A DNA stretch of 64,000 bases from Perna viridis (lineage: Eukaryota), in contig CM074517.1 in NCBI GenBank assembly GCA_037379345.1, forward strand, positions 4,092,001-4,156,000, read 5' to 3'. Every line of letters begins with the position of its first letter. Within the stretch, counting starts at the first letter, position 1. The position numbers and the translations under genes were made by a program. Shown here in pieces: positions 25,601-38,760 of this stretch. Below the pieces are notes generated by a model. That model saw nothing but the letters and a program-made list of their open reading frames with translations. It had not been told where the DNA came from and searched no databases.

Positions 25601-28600
25601 CTGTTTAGCAGAGCTTACAAGCTAGCAGAGTGATATGTAGTCAGTCAGAAAGCAGTTATAGGTCTGTGGAGGAGATTGCTCCCATATAGGCTTAAAAGAT
25701 TTATTAAAATAAGATAAAAAAAAGGAGGGTTCTGTATATGTTGTGTATTAATAACTACCAAGCTGAAGATGGTAAATAGTCTTGTTGTTTAATAATGTTT
25801 ATGTTGTTTAATTAAACAATGTGTGATATTGCTTATTATCAGAGTATTTATATAATGAATATTCCCTTATATCCTCATTATACAAAAGGATAAGTGTTTG
25901 ACTACTGGAATAACTGCTGTAAATGTCTGACCTTGTAACAAATGATGGTACAATTAATATAAATAAAAACGATTCCATTCTAATTGTTTCTAGCCCATAG
26001 CTGCAGAGTCCTGAAGAATTTTCAAGTTGATAATGATGCTGCTTCATTAACAAAGGTCCAACTAACCCAATGTCAGAAGCTGAATACTAGTACTCTGATA
26101 GAAGGAATTAAAAAGTTGGAAAGCAAGAAAAGTAGAGTTATTATACTCCGTCCAATGCTAAAGGTATCTGTAATAAGAATGAATAATTTATTATCTTATT
26201 CTCAATTCCATTTACAGAGAAGAGATAAATTGCATTGCTTTAGAACTTTTACAAACAATTTATAAAGTTATTTTAATTAAGATATTCGAGGCCAATGGCA
26301 ATTTATTTCTTTGTTTGAAAGTTTCTGAAAATTCAGGTGATAAAAGGTTGTAGGTCTAATTTTATAAGATAGGCACAAGATTTTTTTTTTACAGGAATAT
26401 CAATACCATTCAGATCACATGACATAGTTAACAAAATAACAAAAATGACATAACAAAATTTATAGTTAAGCTTTCTGTTATTTGGAAAATGTAGCAAATC
26501 AAACAAAATAGAAGTATACAGACTCCTTTCCCTCACTTGCTACAGTAATTAACAGTATACTGACTCCTTTCCCTCGCTTGCTACAGTAATTAACAGCATG
26601 ATTTGGGTAATAGTTTATATCACTTGGTGATTACATTTGTATCTGTTTTAGCTTGACACTACAGAAATAGAAAGAAGTCTATTTTCCAGTACTGATGTTG
26701 ATTATGGTATATGTATTGTATATGACTATAGTACAGATCCTTCATATACCATGTATAATAGGGTTCGAGTACAATCATGGGTAGAACTTTTATCAGGCAT
26801 GAACTCGTAAGTAAACTCCACACATGTAATTTTTTTTGTTCAGGAAACAAATCAGAACTTGATAAGTATTGTTCCTATTGAAAAGGGGAAAAATGGTCAC
26901 AACCAAATTTATGACAGGATAAAAATGTTACTTATATCCCCCTTGATGAAGATGTAATGGTATCCCACTTGGTATTGGTCATACTCCTCACTTAATAAGC
27001 TGGTCATATATGTGACTGGGTTTCTTTTATTGTTTTTTCTTTATTCACGTATCACAAAAACCCATGTTTTGTCCACACTTCTTCTGAAATCCTCTTAAAC
27101 GTTTTATTTATTTCCTCTGAGCTATCACATCAATGTCATTTTACATTTTCGAATATGTTTTATGGACATGTTAGTTTTTAATTTTATAGTCTTTTTTGAC
27201 AAGATTTATTATGGTATGCTGGTGTCTGTCTGTCACAATAAGTAAAAAATGCTTATATAAACCTTTGTGAAACTTTGATGAATTGTTCATTTTTATTGAT
27301 GTGAGCTTCCTTTAGATTTTGATAAATTTCCAATTTTTCGTTTTTTTAAATTATGTGACTTTATTCATACAAAAAAGTATGAAATAACATTATCTATGAT
27401 GAAATCTGAATTTCTTTCTTTCTAGAGAGCTTTTAAACTGCTATGGCTTTAAGAAGCACACAGCAGCACACAGGACAGATAAGTACCCTTGGGGAAGATC
27501 AATATATACCTTAAAAGGTAAATATGTTGTGTCTAAACTTCTTGTTTTCCTATACATGTAAATAATGTAATTAAGAACAAAATTAGAAAGCAATACAACT
27601 TGAATAAAATAAAGTAATAATTTGTCTATTTTAGACTTCAATTAGTGTTAGGAATAAGAATGATAGGAAATACTGAATGTACAAACTAGAGAAAATCTGT
27701 GATGAAACAATACCAGAGACACCAAGGAACAAAATACTAAAGGCAAATAAAAACTGTATACAGAACAAAAGGCATAAACCCAGTCTCATTTTACTGGACA
27801 CAAACTTCATATTGTCATCTTACCCATAAATTAGAAATGTCTTTCTTTTAAAATTCTGAATGACCCTTTACAGAACTTCAGGAATGTCATTAGACAGTCA
27901 ATTCACCAAATTAGAACAATGTGACAGCAGTTTTGATTTTATGTTGATTTTAGTTAAATAGGTTAATTTATCATTGGGTAGTATTGAGATGCACTTCCCT
28001 GTCCTTTACTATGCTCTATAGGGTACAACAATAACTCATCGAGATGGGAGCTAATTACAGATATCCCATGGTTACGACCTTTATATGAGTCATCTGACCT
28101 TGACTCTGAAGAAAAGATTAAAAGTTTTGATGATAAAAAGGGTAAATATGGATAATCAAAAAGGACCAAACAATTGGATTTTATAAAAAAATTTGTGTAT
28201 CTAAGGAATTGGCTTACATGTGACATAAGCTAAATTATTAACAACTCATGTGAGTGTGTGTTCTAGAGTTGCACTCATAGTAGTTAGATATCGGTACTCA
28301 TTAAATTTACTTTTGTGGTTTGTCAAAATTTTGACAGTTCATAGAATTTTATTTTATGGATTTGTTTTGAGAATATAAGATTTTTTTTTTTATGGAACTT
28401 AAGCATTTTTTCTGGTGTTCAACTTTGTAGTATGTCTGGAAAACCACAAAAACCAAGTAAACTTATAATTCCTCCATGATATAATGTCTTGTACGCACAC
28501 TTTTTTAGATTAAATAACATTTCTTATATACATGTATGCTGGGTGCCAAGCTTTCAAGACACAATTGTGTGAGATTTAGCATAGGTTTGAAAGAGCATAA

Positions 28601-29168
28601 AACAATAGATCAAATGCCACATAGTCAGCAAAAAATGTTTCATGTGGAATGCATGAGAATTGGCACAATTTACGTGAAAAAAATAATATTGATTACAGCA
28701 ATAGTGATTCTGCCATTCATCAAATATTTTGAAATAGGCTTTGGAATACATGTATTATAAGCTGGAAATTTCGTGACAGCTTTGTTTTTCCTATTTGTGC
28801 AATAAGACAAAATAACATAAGGCTGTTATGAATATTTGCTGAAAAATTAACATTTGCATACATATTTGTGTAAAAAACAGATTAATTGGAAAAAATGTGA
28901 AAAAGAAGTGACAGAAAAATTTCAGTGTTTGCACTTTGCAAAATGCTTTGCATTTTTTATGTTTATTAAAAAAACTTATTTTGTTGCAGAGGGTCTATAT
29001 TGTCCAGGAGCTAAAGGCCATGAGAGTTTCAGTGACTGTATATGGGAATGTCTTCCGAATATTGTGGATGAGACATCAGTAGAAACACCTTTATTTCAAC
29101 ACTCCTTGTTTATTTATGTAAATTTTTGTGATATCAATGGATCTGCTAACTTTGACCCTTATGCTTAA
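16601..29168 (+). CDS. FBXO38: F-box only protein 38 (MoKA), ~1552 aa; exons 16601-17501, 17890-18025, 18591-18721, 19075-19248, 20788-20941, 21510-23743, 24335-24444, 24727-24829, 25994-26163, 26652-26806, 27426-27517, 28022-28141, 28990-29168
   Basis: F-box DYLNILSLEILCNIL...LSRKL plus FBXO38 motifs FRNRNGCFP, NCAGP..LRYVPL..GLAAAR.L..LE..RVPFLGG, IQPSLSKD, YNCPHL, LDQMFREPPKGC.RVG, STSDPV, KYPWGR.IYTL and CDING. All introns are GT-AG and the exon sum (4659 nt) is in frame. The exon 6 donor could instead be 23737. Confidence 0.93.
19240..20520. repeat. 39-bp minisatellite (~30 copies) in FBXO38 intron 4
   Basis: Unit ATAACACCAGGTACATACAAGGCTTCAGGGTAATACTGA. It gives the 13-aa periodic spurious ORFs on both strands. 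Confidence 0.95.
21811..22120 (+). repeat. 66-bp (22-aa) coding tandem repeat, ~4.5 copies, in FBXO38 exon 6
   Basis: Unit GATTCAGTCAGTCAAGTTACCTCACAGAGATGTGACAC...CAAAGGACT, encoding DSVSQVTSQRCDTxxQxTSQRT. Confidence 0.85.
25037..25590. repeat. 56-bp minisatellite (~10 copies), FBXO38 intron 8
   Basis: ACTAGTAACTTTGCAGATTTGTAATGAGTAGTG...GTGAATACGGTTC recurs at 56-bp spacing (25205, 25261, 25317). Confidence 0.93.
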
Positions 29169-29257
29169 TTTGATTCTGATAAACAGTGAAATCTGAACAA
29201 AGCCCCATTTGGACTTCTAAAATTAGTTTTTTTTTTACCAAGATTCTAACTACATTT

Positions 29258-29736
29258 GAACAGACAGGTTTAGTGACTGTTCAGGGTTAGTTTAGAAGGT
29301 TTACTGACTGTTCAGAGTTGTGTTTAGATAGGCTTACTGACTGTCCAGTGTTCTGTTTAGACAGGTTTACTGACTGTTCAATGTTCTGTTCAGATAGATT
29401 TACTGACTGTTCAGTGTTCAGTTTAGACAGGTTTACTGACTATTCAGTGTCCAGTTTAGACAGTTTTACTGACTGTTCTGGGTTCTGTTTAGACAGGTTT
29501 ACTGACTGTTCAGGGTTCAGTTTAGACAGGTTTACTGACTGTTCTGGGTTTTGTTTAGACAGGTTTACTGACTGCTCTGGATTCAGTTTAGACAGGTTTA
29601 CAGGCTGTTCGAGGTTCAGTTTAGACAGGTTTACAGGCTGTTCAGGGTTCTGTTTAGACAGGATTATTGACTGTTCTGGGTTCAGTTTAGACATGATTAC
29701 AGGCTGTTCAGGGTTCAGTTTAGACAGATTTCACTG
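29258..29736. repeat. 33-bp minisatellite (~14 copies) just downstream of the FBXO38 stop
   Basis: Unit CAGTTTAGACAGGTTTACTGACTGTTCAGGGTT, giving 11-aa periodic spurious ORFs. Confidence 0.93.
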
Positions 29737-30149
29737 GATATGTATTTGTATGGAACTTGTTAATTAAACCTAGCCTAGTATAAATTTATTGTAAAGAAAA
29801 AAAAAACAATATATTTAAAGAACAGCTCTGTGGGATAAATATGTAAAAAAATGAAGTTAGCACAATACCAACTGTGGTCTTATTCTTGAGATATAAATGA
29901 TTGTCATACACATATTAAATTAAAATTAAATTAAAACAATAGATTTTCTATGCTCAATCCCTACAATTTACACCTTTAGCCAAAAAGGAGTCAGTACCAT
30001 TATGTAATATTTTGTTCAGGTATCAATCATAGGATGAGGATGTAATTTACATTGGACAGTATAGGGGTTTATGTACATGTATGTTGGTACCTGGTAGAGA
30101 GTATTCATTCTTTGTAAAAAATGATTCCAAATTATCTTCTAAATATACT

Positions 30150-30880
30150 GAAGATGCTGTCTGAAAGCTGGAATTTTTTATCCACAACATATTTGTCCAT
30201 TGTGGTGGACATGTTTTTCAACAGATGACTTGCATTCCAGTGGGAACAAATTATTCCTTCACTCCTATGAGGCTGAAAAGGAAAACTCATGACCAAACTA
30301 TACAACAAACCCTATGACTTCTCATTTGCTACTGTCAATTTTCCTTTCATCTGTCACAAGATCCCTTCAACACCTGCATATGGAGTTTTTATATCACAAC
30401 TCATATGTTGTGCCCGAGCTTGCTGAAACTATGCAGATTTTATGGAATGTGCTAGGTTTCTTTAAATTGAGCTTCTTGGACACAGATATGTTGCTACAAG
30501 ATTAAAGTAATTGCTACAGAAGTTTATGGTCATCATCATGAACTTGTGGATCGTTATGGTGTATCCATAAGCACCACAAGAACTGATTTGTTCACTGTGT
30601 TTCAAAGTTTACTTTTTCTCTTTCGACAACCCCTAATGTGACATTTTGTGAGCAACTTGATGGGTGTTTCAAGAAAAGCAGGTGACACTTACCCTACCAG
30701 TGCACCTGATCCATGCTCCCAGTTTTTAGTGAAGTCTGTGTTGTTCATTTCCTTTTGTAAATGTACATGTTAATTTGGTTATTTCATGTTCTTTGTTGTA
30801 TGTGTCAATTTCCCTGTCAAGTCTTTATCCTTGGAATATATTCTTTATTTTTGTCCCTTAAGTCTTGGTTCCCTTGATAC
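30150..30880 (+). mobile_element. Degenerate Penelope-like retroelement fragment
   Basis: Shares the RT C-terminal coding remnants and 3' end (ACCCTACC.GTGCACCTG.TCCATGCTCCCAGTTTTTAGTG) with 11660-12360. Confidence 0.65.
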
Positions 30881-32519
30881 TCTATAATTATACCCCCACA
30901 AATGAAATTTGAGGAGTATATACATGTAGGTTTCACCCTGTCTGTCCAAACTATTTTCTAAGCAGCTTGCACCATTGTTTTGAAACTTTGCGTAATGTTA
31001 TATATCCACATGGAGATGTGTATATTGTCAGGAATTTATTTTTGGATAAAAATTATAGAAATGACAGCTGTTAGAACTTTTTCAGCAAAACTTGATCTGG
31101 TGCTTTGTTTGCAACTTCTCAACAACTTGCAGGATTGTTATGAAACTTAATAGGGTGCAAAATTACCATATTGAGATGTGCATATTGTTTGGAATTCATA
31201 CTTGAACAAAAAATGTAGAAATGCTGAACGTTGGAACTTTCGCATTTTTCGGCAAAATTTGGTCTGATGTGTTGTCCATAACTCCTCCTTAACGACTTGC
31301 AGGATTGTTATAAAATTCACTGGAATTTTAGATTACCATATAGAGATATAGAGATATACATATTGTCAGAAATTAGTCATGTACTGATATATAATAATTA
31401 TAAATAATACTGAAGCTGTTTGTAGATGGGTGTTTTAGAAATGGCAGCAAATTGTGTGTCGAAAGTGCGTAATCTATCCACTAGAAAAATTGTGTCCAGA
31501 ATATGAATCGTATGTGCAAATTGCTCCCCAAATGTACATGGATCAATATGTTGCGGGGATATTAGTCACATTAGTGGGCAATGTCTACCGGTAGTTCTAA
31601 TTAGTAGTCCATCATTATCATGATTCTGTAAGTTTGAGTGAGTTATTTGTTTTTGAATCACTTGTTTTAAGTGGAAATTTCACTGACTTCTTGGATTATT
31701 AATATTTGCATAAATAAAGGCAGATCCAAGGACCCCCTTTTATGTCCAATAAGACTGGAAGTCAATGAAGTGTATCCCCAACCCTTTAAGCCAGTTAATG
31801 GGACCCTCGTATTCGCAGTTTCTGACTCCGCTACGGTTAAGTACAATGATACTTTCTGCACATATTTATGAGATAAAATTAATAATAATACAGTTATTTC
31901 ATTTCTCTATTACTTTTTAGCTCACTTGGACAAACGTTGTCATTGTCGTTGTCTGTCACTGTGATTTTTTTCTTTTAAAAGTCTTCCTTTAGTAACATAC
32001 GACTTGATAAACTGAAATACATTTATCTGCTTTATAAACTGGTGCAAACAGACCATGGGACAAACAAATATTTTAATGCAAATTTTGGAAATTTATTTCC
32101 ATTTTGTTTTTCTGTCCAGTACATGGTAGTGAATCTATAGTATCGTTTTGATTGAGTAATATCGATATTTCTGAATACCAGTTGGTTTTAATTTCAGTTA
32201 AGAGTATTAGGAAAAATCTAATCATGGTAAAATGACCCCCTAAGTATGTGTGTGTCCTTGCTTCAACTTTCCAGATTTCATTAATATACGATTTACATCT
32301 ATAGCAGTTTCAAGATGAATGTGAAAAAAAAACGGTATCGTCTAAATTTTGTAACCCGTACCAACATTTCCCCGTACCCAAATACTATTTTGACAATATC
32401 TTCATTATTACTTGCTATTTCCTGCTGGAAGTCGGTACACATTTGCAAAATGACATGATGGTAAGGCTAGGAATAACGATTTGTAAAATGTTATCGAAAA
32501 AAAAATATTTTATTCGAAT

Positions 32520-32963
32520 TTCTGTATTCAAAAGGTCTAAAATGTGTAACCTGAAATTCCCGTACCCAAAAATCAAAGTCCCGTATTTTTGTTATCTTTG
32601 CTAATTCAATGCGTATTTGACATAAGAACATTATAACATTATCAAAACTTTCATTGATGATAAATTAAAATCGCATCAGACTCTGTTTATGAGACTTACT
32701 TTTTCATTATAGATAAAATCGTATCCATGCTTTGCTGGTACGGGGATTGGCGCTACGGTACGGTGCGGAAATCAAACTTAATCACTTCTTTTATAAAACA
32801 ATATAAAATCTTTCAAAAGTTTATCCAAAGTCCTAAGGCGAAGTTATAACCTCTTAACGATTGTAGAAAAACGTAAAAATCAGACAGAATAGTTAGAAAT
32901 AGTCAATAAAGAGTTGGATACGGTAACTTCCGGTTACACATTTTAGACCTTTTGACTTCAGAA
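32520..32963. repeat. ~48-bp imperfect inverted repeat pair (foldback/MITE-like)
   Basis: TCAAAAGGTCTAAAATGTGTAACC at ~32528 and its reverse complement at ~32932-32955. Confidence 0.6.
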
Positions 32964-32965
32964 AA

Positions 32966-33258
32966 CCGATTAAACAAGAAATATCAGAAATATATACATC
33001 ATTTTCTTGATGAGAAATGAATTGAAACAGACTTTTTCTCATCTCATGCAATTTTCAGTTCTTATCATACTATAAGAATGAATATTTTAGCAAAAAAAGT
33101 CATTAGACTTCAATTCAATGACTCAGTGGAAACTGCAATAAAGTTCCTCGATCAAACCAATGTTGGAGAGTTTAAATTAAAATTAGTTACTATACCAAAA
33201 AATCTAACAAATTCCGATGGAGATATCAACTGCCCTCAACAGATTGAATTTATTCGTA
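32966..33258. repeat. Left copy of ~293-bp direct duplication flanking the LINE
   Basis: Matches 38002-38293 with about 12 differences counted by eye. Confidence 0.9.
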
Positions 33259-36200
33259 GATATTTACTTTTTATTTCCTCTTATGCAGAGATGTTCACAT
33301 GAATAATGAACGAGAAATACGATTATTATTACATGAATTACATAAAAATGTACTTATTATCAGAAAAAAAAATAATGGGAGTGAATCGCTGAAAGTTACA
33401 CAGCAGGTGGTCAACAATGTCCTTTATGGAAAGTTTTGCACATTCTTAATGTATAGTATACGCAAATTTTACTGAAAAAGTCGAGTTCATCACTTTCTAG
33501 TTCGAAATCAGTATTGCAGGATAAGATAGTAAAAGTAAAGTTAATAGGTGCTAGCCTGTCTAGGTATACGCTAAACTGAATTGGATTAATGTTAATAATG
33601 TCTTTCCAAAGATCATCACGTTCGTCTTTCAATGTAGTACATGAGACTAAGATATGTTCTACGATATTTGAAAAGAACATCCCACATCGATCACACAGCA
33701 ATATGTTATCGTCTTGTTTAACAATGGAACATAAGTCAATAACATATTTAGCTGCTTCTCGTAGTTCTGGGTAAAGTTTTGCTATAGTCCAGGCACGGTG
33801 TGGTTTAATTTCCCTGTGTATACGTCTGAATAGGTTAAAATAACTTGCATTTATCAATGTAACGCTCGATGCTGAACCAATCCAACAGACTTGTACACTT
33901 GTCTGAACGTGTTGTGTTCGTTTCAGGAGTCCTTGTATCGTTTTACATGCGAATTTATGTGACCGCCGTTCAAGCATCTCAGTTTCAGATTGATTGAAGC
34001 TACTCCAAAGTTCACAACCATACAAGGCTTTTGTGTAACACAACTCTTGTACTATCTTTGAACAAGTCAGTGGGTTTACACAACTGTTCATGCCACTGTA
34101 CATGTTATCGATCAAAGTCCACGTGTTCCCGTGTATGCCATGTCTATAAATTTTCAGTAACAAGGCGGAGTGCCACACTGTGTCAAATGCTTTAATGCTA
34201 TCTAGGATGACGATAAAAACTTTACTATGACGTTCGATGTAGTGATAAACAACCTATTGTAAGTTGAAAGAAGCAAACATACTTAAAAGTTGTTTCTGGT
34301 AAGCCATTTGTGAAGGGTGTGGAAAGTTTTCAGAGAATAAAGGCGTGATACTAAGGCTTTTTCATAAACTTTTGAGATATAGCATATTAGTGATATTCCA
34401 CGGTACGAATTAGGATCGCTTTTCTTTTTATTTCCGCCTTTAAGAAGTGGAATAACTGCACTAGTCTTCCATCACAAGGGAATATAGCATGATTCAAGTA
34501 TTATATTGAATAAGTTACACAGGTGTTTTACAAGACTCTTTCCGCCGCATTTGATGTGGTCGTAGGATATATTATCCAAAGCGGTAGATAGGTTGCTTGG
34601 CAGGTTGTTACAAATATCAGATATATCATTGAAGGTAAATTGCTCAGTTTTGAAATCATTAATATGGCAGTTCAGACGAATTTCACGAACCAGTTCATCA
34701 ATAGAATTAATGTTTTCTCGATTTGTTAACGTGTCGTCAAATTTGAATAGTGATTCAGAATGTTCAGCCCACGCATTACATATGTTATTATCGTTAGTGT
34801 GAGATACACCATTCACGTTTAGTTCACGATAAATAGTTTTATGTTGTCTTCTACTTTTTAAAACGGACCACATGTACGTTTGATCAGTTTCAACAGAATC
34901 TTCAATCATTTTGCAGCACTTTTGCAAATGTTCAATATACGCTTTTCCAGTTGGTGTCGGAAATCCCTCCTAGCGTTCTTATAGTTCACAAAATGTGCAT
35001 CAATTACGACTATAAACTTTGTCATTAAAAATCCATGCAGTTCGTTTTTCTCTCATCGTTTTGTGGTAAATATCAACAGTTTTAGACCAATATGGTTTAA
35101 GATGCTTTATGAATCGTTTGCGATGCAGTGTGTCGTTATTGACGGACTTGATTGCGTCAACTATAGTTTTATAGTACACTTCTATATCATCCGGGGAAGC
35201 AGCGGTTGGAGCGTGAACACACCATAAATTTTGAGACAATGCAAACGAATAGTCAATTAGAACGTCAGAGGTTTTAGCTTTTAACCAAGCAACTGTCTCA
35301 CAAGCAAATTCATTAATAGTGGCACTATTTGAGAATGGATTTGAGTCTGTCATATTGTCATAAGCACATGCTATTGGTTTATGACCCGAAACATTGTACA
35401 TATGATGATCGTCCGTTACAAAAACTTTACTAACATCTCGCAAATTGTCTCTATGAGTAATTACTAGTATGTGATCAATTACAGATTTTGGACCGTTAGA
35501 GTATGATTGTGTGGGTAGGCCCTCTAGCAAATTCTTGAACGTGAAGGGACACGCTTTTGTTTTGAAGCAATAACTCTTCTAATAGGCTGCTCCGTTTGTC
35601 TGAAATGATGAAATGATGAGATACGGGGCCCAAACACTTTACAATTGAAATCGCCAAGCATGAAAACTGTCCCGTGATTAGAGAATGCACTGTAAATATC
35701 GAAAAGGTATTCGAGTTCGCGGATAAATAGATCATATGGTTGTGTGACAGCAGGTAGGTACACAGACAAAAAGAAAATGCTTGTTCATTTGGAATTTTCA
35801 GTTCTATACCACATATTCTGCTACTGCCTATGTCTATTTCGTATGTATAAGGACATAAATGTTTTGAAACTAGAAAACTCACTCCACTACGGGCATTGCA
35901 TCTATAATTCTCGGGGAAGAATTCATCAGCGCCTTTCCCATAAGCTTTATAACGACGACTGTCAATAGTATCAAGAAAATGAAATTGTGATTTATGTAAC
36001 CAGTGTTCGGACAATGCGATAATATCAGTGTTGTTCTGTAAAAAGTTTAATAGATAGTGAACAGCTGACATAATGCCTCTGCATTAAGTTTCATTGTCTA
36101 GTTACTGTGTATCTGTGTAGTTATTTATGTCCTAATTTTTCATTTCGAAAAACTTCCCAAGGAAGCCAATTTTTCATGAGGATACCTTCAGGCCAGAAAG

Positions 36201-38001
36201 AGGGTTTATGTAATTTATATTCGTCACATTCGTCAATATTAACTTGAGGGGAGGTAGTTCTCCTATTCGACCTGACGGAGATGTGTTACTCGTACACCTT
36301 TATCAAAAAGAAACGATCGCATCGCAGCTTCAGACGAAGTTGATACCACCAACATAGAAACGACTTATTTTACGCTTTTCTTTTCGCACAAAACCGCAAA
36401 ATTTAGAAGATCTTGTAGGACAACATGCTGATGTCGGAAAATGCACTGGGATACCTTTATCACTAAGACATGTATCATTTAAAGGTTCAGACATATTTTC
36501 CCTCGAGTATTCACAAATATCAACACGCTGAGCATTAGTGGGTATGTCCCTTATTCTTGTATCGGAAGACAGTTTTTCTAAACGAGTTAGAGAGTTTTCA
36601 GACCTAGGAGTTTCCAATGGATCATTGCCGTGCAATGTTTGCGGGATGTCAGTGATTCTGTCATTTACAGATAAAATGCAGTGCGTAGATCGTCCTTGTG
36701 ATTCTGGGATATCAGAACGCCTAGAATTGTCAGGTGATATAAAGTGTGTACTTCTTTTGTTTGTTGGCGGAAAGTCGGAACATTTGACATTGTCTGATGA
36801 AGAGCTGGACATAGATTTGGTAGTAAGATCGATTCCTTCAAGCTCAGATTGATTAGGTTTGGTCTTTAGAATTTCAGCTTATGACCTAGTTGTTTTATCA
36901 ACATTTTTCAACTCTTTTTCTGCGTTGCCTAAGCGCTTTCTGAGGTCAGTTATTGATAAGGAAAGTGAAGCGCAACTGGTGTTTATGGTGGCAGTTTTCG
37001 TCAAACTCCTTGAGTTTGTCGTTGATAAAATTTGTTTTGTAGCCTTTCTTGGTTTTTAGAGTTTATATCAGCAAATCGCTTGTTTTCTTTCACTAGATTT
37101 TCGACAGTTTTATTGAGAAATTCTATGTCTTGTGTATATTCTCCTTTAAGGGAATTTTGTTCTCGTTTGATCCTTACTAGATTTTCGACAGTTTTATTGA
37201 GAAATTTAGTTCTCGTTCGATCCTTACTATGGAGTCCTTTGTAAGGATGTTTGAGGTATCAATGGAAATGTCAGTTTGAGACAAGCTACTGTCATTTTCT
37301 TGAGAGTTTTCTTTTCGTGATGAGGTGTAGAAGCGCACATTGACTACGTTTTTCAAGTCGTGGCTATAGTCACCCGATATCGCGAGAAAGAGTGTGTAAC
37401 AGTCATTAGCAAATTTTAATTCGACAGGCTCACCATTGGGTTTCCGTGCACCTATTCGCTTCTTCAAAATAGCGTTTTTATACGGAAAGGTTTCTCGACG
37501 TTTTGCAATATCGAAGAGCTCATATCTGACAAATTCTATATCACAGTTACACTTGGCGTATCTTTCTTAGAGAAGTTTTACAAAATTATCTTTGGGTAGT
37601 GCTTTGAGATTGGTGTTGTTAAAATCTAAAATGCATGCAATGTCAGATATGTTATTCATGGGTAGAATTTCTGGATGAGAATATGACAAGGGTAATGTGT
37701 TGAATTCATCATATTGACTGTTTAAAAAACTCTGATGAAGAAGTAAATCACTTGGTTGAAGTTCCGTTATGTCTCACATTATTGTTCATGTAAAGTGTTC
37801 ACTATGGTAGTGAAACAAAGAAACTTCATATTTTGACGAATTTGTTCACAAATTGTTTTGGACTATAGTGTAGTGTAACATGCATTGAATGATCTCACCA
37901 ATTCCCAGTTCAATACATCCACCATATATCAACGAAAACGCCAACACTTTCTTCTCAGTATTAACAACGACCATCTCAGGGGCAGATAACCAAAATAACC
38001 G
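33259..38001 (-). mobile_element. Degenerate LINE (CR1/L2-like): 5'UTR, ORF1 and APE endonuclease-RT ORF2, with frameshifts and an internal RT deletion
   Basis: APE motifs DIIALSEHWL, SVYLP, GDFN and IDHI. RT N-terminal motifs (SYRGISL, AFDTVWH) and C-terminal LCDRC..VEHILVSC. ORF1 remnants (RFYVGGI). AATAAA near 33270. Confidence 0.85.
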
Positions 38002-38293
38002 CCGATTAAACAAGAAATATCAGAAAAATATACATCATTTTCTTGATGGGAAATGAATTGAAACAGACTTTTTCTCATCTCATGCAATTTTCAGCTCTTA
38101 TCATACCATAAAAATGAATATTTTAGCAAAAAAGTCATTGGACTTCAATTCAATGACTCAGTGGAAACTGCTCTAAAGTTCCTCGATCAAACCAATGTTG
38201 GAGAGTTTAAATTAAAATTAGTTACTATACCCAAAAATCTAACAAATTCCGATGGAGATATCAACTGCCCTAAACAGATTGAAATTATTCGTA
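38002..38293. repeat. Right copy of ~293-bp direct duplication flanking the LINE
   Basis: Matches 32966-33258. Confidence 0.9.
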
Positions 38294-38380
38294 AATCTTA
38301 ACTCCGAATTTATTCGTAAATCTCAACTCCGAATTGTCAATATTTTTTATCCCGAGATATTGATCATTAATATTTTTATG

Positions 38381-38760
38381 TATGGCAAGCCAAAGTGGAC
38401 AAAAATCAATATTTTGTAATATTAGAAAATGAATTTTTAATACCACAAAATCATTTTTTTAACATTATAAAAGATTTTTTAATATTAGAAATTCATTTTG
38501 TAATATTACTAGTTTCTGATTTATTAATATTATAAAACATCACACATTTTGTAATATTACAAATTGAATTAAAAAATCCTTTTTTTTTCAATATTAGAAA
38601 TTCAATGGAATTTTAACATTAAAAATGACTTTAATATTGAAAAAGTGTTTTGTGATATAAGAAATCTAATTTGTAATATTAGAAAATGAATTTGTAATAT
38701 TAAAAAATCATTTTTTTAATATTAGTAAATACTCATTTTTGTCCACTTTGGCTTGCCATA
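38381..38760. mobile_element. MITE with 26-bp TIRs and 6-bp TSD (IS3EU-like termini)
   Basis: TATGGCAAGCCAAAGTGGACAAAAAT ... ATTTTTGTCCACTTTGGCTTGCCATA, with TTTATG on both flanks and AT-rich internal repeats. Confidence 0.8.

Noticed and set aside
29318-29767. 149-aa Cys-periodic ORF (FSLDRFTDCSG)n
   Set aside because: It is the translation of the 33-bp minisatellite and begins at a non-ATG codon.
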